A model generated the notes under the pieces. The model did not search any database. It had not been told where the DNA came from and saw only the letters and a list, made by a program, of their open reading frames with translations. Of a stretch of 30,465 nt of DNA, positions 25,152 to 30,465 are shown one piece after another. The stretch is from a virus (taxonomy: Duplodnaviria > Caudoviricetes): IMG/VR virus record IMGVR_UViG_3300037501_000151, positions 1 to 30,465 of that record, one strand, 5' to 3'. Position 1 is the first letter of the stretch; each line of letters starts with the position of its first letter. Position numbers and translations under genes: made by a program.

Positions 25152-25414
25152 CGCCGCAAGAGAAGTTGCATCCCGACGAGCCGGAGTGGCATCTTCATAT
25201 TCGAGATATGCTGGCAGATAAACAAGTTGAAGCGCTTCTCAACAGGTTTGGATTTGAAGCAGAGGATAGTATAGAACTCGGCCGAGAGCTTCGTGAAATT
25301 CTCATTTCTCATCGTAAGTGGGTGAAGATAAAGGATTGGTTCTGGGCCTCGGCGATTGGCGCGGCGGCTTATGCCCTGATTCACTTTCTCGAGACGAAAT
25401 TCAGTGCGAAGTGA
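25148..25414 (+). CDS. Putative holin-like membrane protein
   Basis: One C-terminal hydrophobic segment (WFWASAIGAAAYALIHFL); directly upstream of the endolysin. Confidence 0.45.
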   Translation: MTPQEKLHPDEPEWHLHIRDMLADKQVEALLNRFGFEAEDSIELGRELREILISHRKWVKIKDWFWASAIGAAAYALIHFLETKFSAK

Positions 25415-25415
25415 A

Positions 25416-25718
25416 ATGAGTCTACTCGATCAGCAACAGCAGTTCGCAGTGATGGTTCCTCTCCTTCTCTTGAAGGCGCGAGAGCTCGGATTCGAAATCA
25501 CTCTCGGGGATGCTTACCGAGATCCACGCTGCCCGTATGGAAGCAAGAGCAGCCGCCACAAGGTACGGCTCGCTATCGATCTGAACCTTTTCAGAGATGG
25601 GGTGTATTTGGATAAGACGGAAGATCACAAAGTACTTGGAGAATGGTGGGAGGCGCAAGGAGGAATCTGGGGCGGCCGTTTTGAGGACGGCAATCATTAC
25701 GAGTGGCCTATCAAATGA
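25416..25718 (+). CDS. Endolysin, peptidase M15 family (L-Ala-D-Glu-type)
   Basis: AYR, SRHxxxLAIDL and WGGRFEDGNHYE zinc-peptidase motifs. Confidence 0.88.
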   Translation: MSLLDQQQQFAVMVPLLLLKARELGFEITLGDAYRDPRCPYGSKSSRHKVRLAIDLNLFRDGVYLDKTEDHKVLGEWWEAQGGIWGGRFEDGNHYEWPIK

Positions 25719-25731
25719 GGTGAGGTGTACT

Positions 25732-26394
25732 ATGAAACTTCTTCTGCTGATTGCGTCGTTCATTGCTCTTGTCGGCTGTGAGACGACAATGGTTATTACG
25801 AAGCCGACCGGCGAAACCGTTGAGATGTCCGAGAGCACGTTCGTTGCAATGGAGGTGGCCGACCTAAAAAAGGATTGCTATGCAACTCTGCGATCACCGG
25901 CAGTTCCGCCGATTGCTCCCGCCGGCCTCGAGCCGGTTGCACAGGCTATCTGGGCGAATGGCCAGTCTATCGCGGCTGTGATGAACGCCCAAAGAGACCC
26001 TTGCGCTGGCGCTGGGAAGGAAATGACCGAGCTGGCAATCAACTCGATCAACCAGAAGTATGCTTTCGCCCGGCAGGGGCTGAGTCTGTTCGGGTGGCTG
26101 GCCGGCGGCCTGATCATCGCGGACGCGATCAAGGACATTTCCTCATCGAGTGGTTCAACCTACAATCTGACTTCGACGGATCAAGCCAGCATCAGCGATG
26201 TGAACATCGCCTCGGGCAAGTCCAGTGTCGGCACCGATGGAGCAACGATCCGCAACATGAGCAACGACAATGTGAATACGAGTGCCGGGGCGCAGGGATT
26301 TGGGGGATCGAGCGTTGGCAATTCAGCCAGTGCGAGCGATTCAGGGTCTGCGTCGTTTGGCGGTATCAGCGAGGAGGCGCCTCTGGCGTTCTAG
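25732..26394 (+). CDS. Lipoprotein with internal hydrophobic segment (spanin candidate)
   Basis: MKLLLLIASFIALVGC lipobox; GLSLFGWLAGGLII segment; S/G-rich tail; GAGG RBS. Confidence 0.65.
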   Translation: MKLLLLIASFIALVGCETTMVITKPTGETVEMSESTFVAMEVADLKKDCYATLRSPAVPPIAPAGLEPVAQAIWANGQSIAAVMNAQRDPCAGAGKEMTELAINSINQKYAFARQGLSLFGWLAGGLIIADAIKDISSSSGSTYNLTSTDQASISDVNIASGKSSVGTDGATIRNMSNDNVNTSAGAQGFGGSSVGNSASASDSGSASFGGISEEAPLAF

Positions 26395-26395
26395 T

Positions 26396-26767
26396 ATGAA
26401 GTGGGGTGAACTCATTCTTGAAGCCAAGCAGGGAAATTCATGGATTCTGCACGAACCCTTTTGGGTTGATGCTTTTCCAGAGATGAAAGATGTTGTAGTG
26501 GTTGTCCCTAAAGGCTATGTAACAGATCTTGCTAGTATTCCCAATATTGTGCGAGGATTGCTAGACAAGGATTCAGAGTGGGCAGCTGTTGTCCACGATT
26601 ATATCTGGGAGAATCCAATTATGCCTCCGATGCAGAGAGATAAGCTGTTTCGCTTAATGCTTGAAGCAGCGGGCGTAGGGCGCTGGCGCCGTTGGACGAT
26701 GTGGTGGGCTGTACGGGCAAACAGCCTCCGGCGAGATTGGAAATTCCTTCTATATTTTTCCCGCTAA
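26396..26767 (+). CDS. DUF1353 family protein
   Basis: VPKGYVTDLASIP, AAVVHD and MWWAVR. Confidence 0.85.
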   Translation: MKWGELILEAKQGNSWILHEPFWVDAFPEMKDVVVVVPKGYVTDLASIPNIVRGLLDKDSEWAAVVHDYIWENPIMPPMQRDKLFRLMLEAAGVGRWRRWTMWWAVRANSLRRDWKFLLYFSR

Positions 26768-26785
26768 CGGAAATCGGAGGCTAAA

Positions 26786-27838
26786 ATGGCATTAGCAAAT
26801 AGAGCAAAAGAGACATCGACTACAACCGGAACTGGGACGTACAGCCTAGACGGGGCCGTTACCGGATACAAGACGCTAGTAGCGGCGGCAACGGCAGATA
26901 TAGGAGGCTCTGGCCCCTGGACAGTAAGTTACGTTGCTGCAATGGGGACGGAATATGAGTATGGAATTGGGACGCTTACAGACGCAAGCCCTGATACTCT
27001 TGCCCGTACAACAGTTGTTGGATCAAGCAATGGAGGTGCTGCAGTCAACTGGACGACGGGAACGAAAAATATTGTTATCTCCCCTCTTGCCTCAGATTTT
27101 GGAAAGTCGAGCGTGCTTACTGAAAAGTCAGCCAACTATACTATTGTGGCTGCTGATCTTGCGGGGTTTTCTGAGGTTGTTATTCCATTCTCGATTTCCG
27201 CCGCCTCGTGTACCTGCCAACTGCCAACGGTTGCGAATCTCAATGGCAAGCTCGTGCGGGTGCAGATATCGACCGGGCCGGCGAGCGATACAAGCAGCAA
27301 CAAGCTCACCGTTTATCAGAGCGATGGCAGCACTGAACTTTTCACAGGATACGCGAAAGGGGATTTCGTACTTGTAACCAGCGATGGAACGAACTACCGC
27401 ATCCTAGATGAGCTGACAACTGTCGTTGGCCGATTAGCGTTGTCTGTGGATGAGGCGTTTTCAACCGGCACGACAACAAAGATATTCGACGCAAATTATA
27501 CCGAAGTCCGTGATATCGGCGCGTGGTGGAACAGCGCAACAAACCATAGGTTAAACGCAGCATTTGCGTGTGACGTGGAAGTGTTTCTCTCCTTGCTGGA
27601 AATCACCGCTGCATATCTCGAACCCATTGTCAGAGTCAACGGAACCGCAATATTCAACAGCGAACCCGCTCATGGTTATGGTGTTGGTAGAGGGCTTCCG
27701 TTGCTGGTAAAACTGGCGGCGGGTGACTACCTTGAGATGTATGTTCGGAACGATTCTGGCGTAAACGGTACGATCATGGGCGACGCGGCGTTGAACGAAA
27801 CCCAGTTGTTTTGGCGTGTAATTCGGAGGATACGATAA
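26786..27838 (+). CDS. Virion fibre/receptor-binding-like protein
   Basis: RAKETSTTTGTGT N-terminal module of a type seen in phage tail proteins; T/G/S-rich; C1q-like ending LVKLAAGDYLEMYV. Confidence 0.65.
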   Translation: MALANRAKETSTTTGTGTYSLDGAVTGYKTLVAAATADIGGSGPWTVSYVAAMGTEYEYGIGTLTDASPDTLARTTVVGSSNGGAAVNWTTGTKNIVISPLASDFGKSSVLTEKSANYTIVAADLAGFSEVVIPFSISAASCTCQLPTVANLNGKLVRVQISTGPASDTSSNKLTVYQSDGSTELFTGYAKGDFVLVTSDGTNYRILDELTTVVGRLALSVDEAFSTGTTTKIFDANYTEVRDIGAWWNSATNHRLNAAFACDVEVFLSLLEITAAYLEPIVRVNGTAIFNSEPAHGYGVGRGLPLLVKLAAGDYLEMYVRNDSGVNGTIMGDAALNETQLFWRVIRRIR

Positions 27839-28335
27839 TGTTACTTGGAGCGAGAAATTCTGAGCTTGGCGTCGCACTTGCGACGCTTGGCCTATCAGGC
27901 AAGTGGTTAGCGATCCGCCATAATCGTGTGGATGGGTTTGTGCTTGAGCGAGCTGAGCCACATACCGATCCAGAGCCGGGCGAAACGGAACTGCTGGCGG
28001 CGCTTGAGGTGGCAGACAAAGCGGCGCTCAAGGCATACGCCAAGAAGCTCGGCAGGCAGAAGGCTATCGCCCTCGTCGCCCCCGGCGAGGCCGAGGATTT
28101 GGAGGCGGCGTTTCTCGCTATCATCCAGACCGATGATGTTACCGAATTGCTCGGAAAGGTGGCGAGTGGTGGAACGCTGACGGGGGAAGAGACGACCCGC
28201 GTCCAAGACTTCCGCGCGATGGTCGCAACCCTTCGCCAGACCCGGCAGGCGACGGTGGCGATCCTCGCGGATATCACAAGCGGGACGATCACGACGCGGG
28301 CGCAGGTGGACAGCGATCCGCGCTGGCCGGCTTAA
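27838..28335 (+). CDS. Hypothetical protein, possible fibre chaperone
   Basis: TAATG coupling to the fibre gene; GGAGG RBS; ends in WPA. Confidence 0.55.
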   Translation: MLLGARNSELGVALATLGLSGKWLAIRHNRVDGFVLERAEPHTDPEPGETELLAALEVADKAALKAYAKKLGRQKAIALVAPGEAEDLEAAFLAIIQTDDVTELLGKVASGGTLTGEETTRVQDFRAMVATLRQTRQATVAILADITSGTITTRAQVDSDPRWPA

Positions 28336-28362
28336 CTTAACTCAACTATAGGAGAGGCGAAA

Positions 28363-28737
28363 ATGGCTGTTACTTATTCGACGAATGCAAAGAACGAGCG
28401 GATGAACGGCGTCATTGCAGCGATCGACGCCGGTTCTGGCGCCGGGAAACTGGAGATTGGGACTGCGGGAATGGCAAGTATTCTTGCCACGATCACGTTG
28501 AACGATCCCTGCGGAACAGCGTCCGGAGGTGTCTTGACCTTCTCCGGCTTTCCAAAGTCAGACACGGCGGACGCGACCGGAACAGCGGCTGCAGCGAGGA
28601 TTCGCACCTCTGCGGACGCAGACGTTATCACCGGGCTGACCGTCGGTACGTCTGGGACGGATATCATTCTGGACAACACCTCGATTAACTCCGGCCAGAC
28701 GGTGCAGATCACGAGCGCAACGATCACGCACGGATAG
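28363..28737 (+). CDS. Small beta-rich virion structural protein
   Basis: A/T/G/S-rich, ADATGTAAAARI; AGGAG RBS. Confidence 0.7.
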   Translation: MAVTYSTNAKNERMNGVIAAIDAGSGAGKLEIGTAGMASILATITLNDPCGTASGGVLTFSGFPKSDTADATGTAAAARIRTSADADVITGLTVGTSGTDIILDNTSINSGQTVQITSATITHG

Positions 28738-28749
28738 TTAGATAAGTAA

Positions 28750-30465
28750 ATGGCCCTTACTTATGTCGGCGGTACAGTCGGCAGTCGTGCCGGCTCCACC
28801 GGCACAAATTTAGTAATCTCTCTTAATGGGACGTTAACGGGGGGATCCGCTTCTTCCCCCGCAGCGGGAGATTATGTTTTTGTAGCGTTCGGCACTGGAT
28901 CGACGGCGGATCGTACACTCTCCATTGTTACGTCTGGCTACACCCGGCTGGGAGAGCTATACGCTAATGACACGAACGATACAAATTTCGACGTCGGCTA
29001 TAAGAAAATGGGCTCAACGCCCGATACCAATGTTACTCTTGGGCCATCTGGAAACTCTGCCGATGCAATAGCCGCCGTTATTCATGTCTGGCGGGGAGTG
29101 GACGATTCTACTCCTCTCGATGTAACAAGCCAATCAGCTACGGGGATAGATACTGGACGGCCAGACCCCCCGGCCATCACTCCCAGCTCCTCTGGCGCAG
29201 TTGTGTTGGCAGCGGGCGGCGCAGCTGCAGCGGTGGGCGCGACCTTTACTTCGAGCGACCTCTCAAACTTTCGGACAAGAACCCAGGCCGATACTTATGA
29301 TGTCACAATCGGCATGGGATCGTATGCTTGGACGAGCGGCTCGTTCAATCCCGCGCAGTTTGGAGGAGGAACAACAGGAACGGACGATAGCTGGTGTGCT
29401 TGGACGCTTGCCCTTCGTCCGAGCACGCTTATTAGCGGTTCTCTTTCTGCGACTGACGGTTATACAGACACAGCTTCTGTAAGCGGAGGCGTCAGGGTCA
29501 GCGGCACGGCGGCGGCTACAGATAATTATACAGATACAGGAGCGGCAACCGGCGCAGTCATAGTCAGCGGCACGATAGCGGCGACCGACGCCTACACCGA
29601 CACTTTCCGGTCTCAGCCGGATATCGGCGAGGGGATGCAGCAAGCTCTTGCTACATCTAATTTTGCTCTTGCTGATCTTTGGCCAGTAGAAGAAACAATC
29701 GCCGGGGCGCTTTCGGTAACAGACTCTTATACTGATACGTTTGCGGCGGTCGCTGCGGCTATTGTTAAAGGCAGCGTCACCGTAACTGATTCTTATACTG
29801 ATACATTTGTTGCTTCTGGTGCGGTTACGGTTAGCGGCAACATTACCGCAACTGACGCATACGCGGATACTGCTTCGCTTTCCGGTTCTGTTTCGATTAC
29901 CGGTTCCCTTGGCGCTATTGAGACTTCTACCGATACACTTACCGCGACAGGCTCCGTCCGGGTTGTCGGCTCACTTACTACGTCTGATTCTTATGCAGAT
30001 GCACTTGCCGCCGAGGGTATAGTTCTTGATCCCATCACAGGCTCTCTTTCTGCAACAGATAACTATACCGATGTAGCTGGGGTAACCGGCCAGGTTAAGA
30101 TAGCCGGTGAACTTTCTACGGCAGACGCCGGTGTCGATACCGCAGCAGCTGCAGGTAAGGCTATAGCAGCTGGCGCGCTTTCCGCGACTGATGCCTATAT
30201 TGATTCTTTTGCTGCTAGTGGTATCGTTGTAAATATAGCGTATGGTGATCTAAACGCAACAGACGCTTATACAGATACCCTTACAGCAGATGGTTGGTGT
30301 AGACACGTTGGTAATCTTGCAGCGACGGATAATTATGCTGATACAGCCGCCGCAGCCGGCGCGGTGCTTATCACCGGCTCAGTCCCCACCATCGAAGATT
30401 TCTCAGATTCCGCCTATTTTGTCGGCGGAGTCCTCATTCAAGGAACGATTCCGGCTGTCGAGACC
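28750..30465 (+). CDS. Long fibre-like virion protein with ~22-aa repeats, open at the right edge
   Basis: Manual translation from ATG 28750 (MALTYVGG...) finds no stop before the window end; GxLxATDxYTDTxxxxGxVxV repeats start at 29434. Not in the ORF track. Confidence 0.85.
   Translation, partial: MALTYVGGTVGSRAGSTGTNLVISLNGTLTGGSASSPAAGDYVFVAFGTGSTADRTLSIVTSGYTRLGELYANDTNDTNFDVGYKKMGSTPDTNVTLGPSGNSADAIAAVIHVWRGVDDSTPLDVTSQSATGIDTGRPDPPAITPSSSGAVVLAAGGAAAAVGATFTSSDLSNFRTRTQADTYDVTIGMGSYAWTSGSFNPAQFGGGTTGTDDSWCAWTLALRPSTLISGSLSATDGYTDTASVSGGVRVSGTAAATDNYTDTGAATGAVIVSGTIAATDAYTDTFRSQPDIGEGMQQALATSNFALADLWPVEETIAGALSVTDSYTDTFAAVAAAIVKGSVTVTDSYTDTFVASGAVTVSGNITATDAYADTASLSGSVSITGSLGAIETSTDTLTATGSVRVVGSLTTSDSYADALAAEGIVLDPITGSLSATDNYTDVAGVTGQVKIAGELSTADAGVDTAAAAGKAIAAGALSATDAYIDSFAASGIVVNIAYGDLNATDAYTDTLTADGWCRHVGNLAATDNYADTAAAAGAVLITGSVPTIEDFSDSAYFVGGVLIQGTIPAVET

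Overview
The window is a 30.5-kb piece of a tailed dsDNA phage genome, probably from a Gram-negative host (sigma70-type promoters, a lipobox protein in the lysis cluster). No integrase, tRNA or CRISPR array is visible. Two arms diverge at about 16.8-17.05 kb. The left arm (minus strand) holds small promoter-proximal, early-type genes. It continues into a recombination/replication block: Cas4-like exonuclease, Sak4-like ATPase, SSB-like protein, ParB-DNA methyltransferase fusion, Dda/RecD-like helicase, UDG-fused family A DNA polymerase and a DUF3987-like AAA+ protein. The right arm (plus strand) holds TerS, a PD-(D/E)XK nuclease, TerL, portal, scaffold, major capsid protein, a glycosyltransferase, lysis genes and fibre-like proteins. 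Main candidates for follow-up: (1) an early gene resembling Csx20/Crn1-type CARF ring nucleases, a possible anti-type III CRISPR protein; (2) four covarying GC-CAW-GC triloop hairpins associated with repeated early promoter cassettes; (3) a PolA with His at the 762-equivalent position and Asp at the steric gate; (4) a long inverted repeat around an AT-rich core; (5) a pair of paralogous unknown proteins, each with its own promoter; (6) a glycosyltransferase in the capsid module. All family assignments come from motif recognition by eye; no database searches were run.
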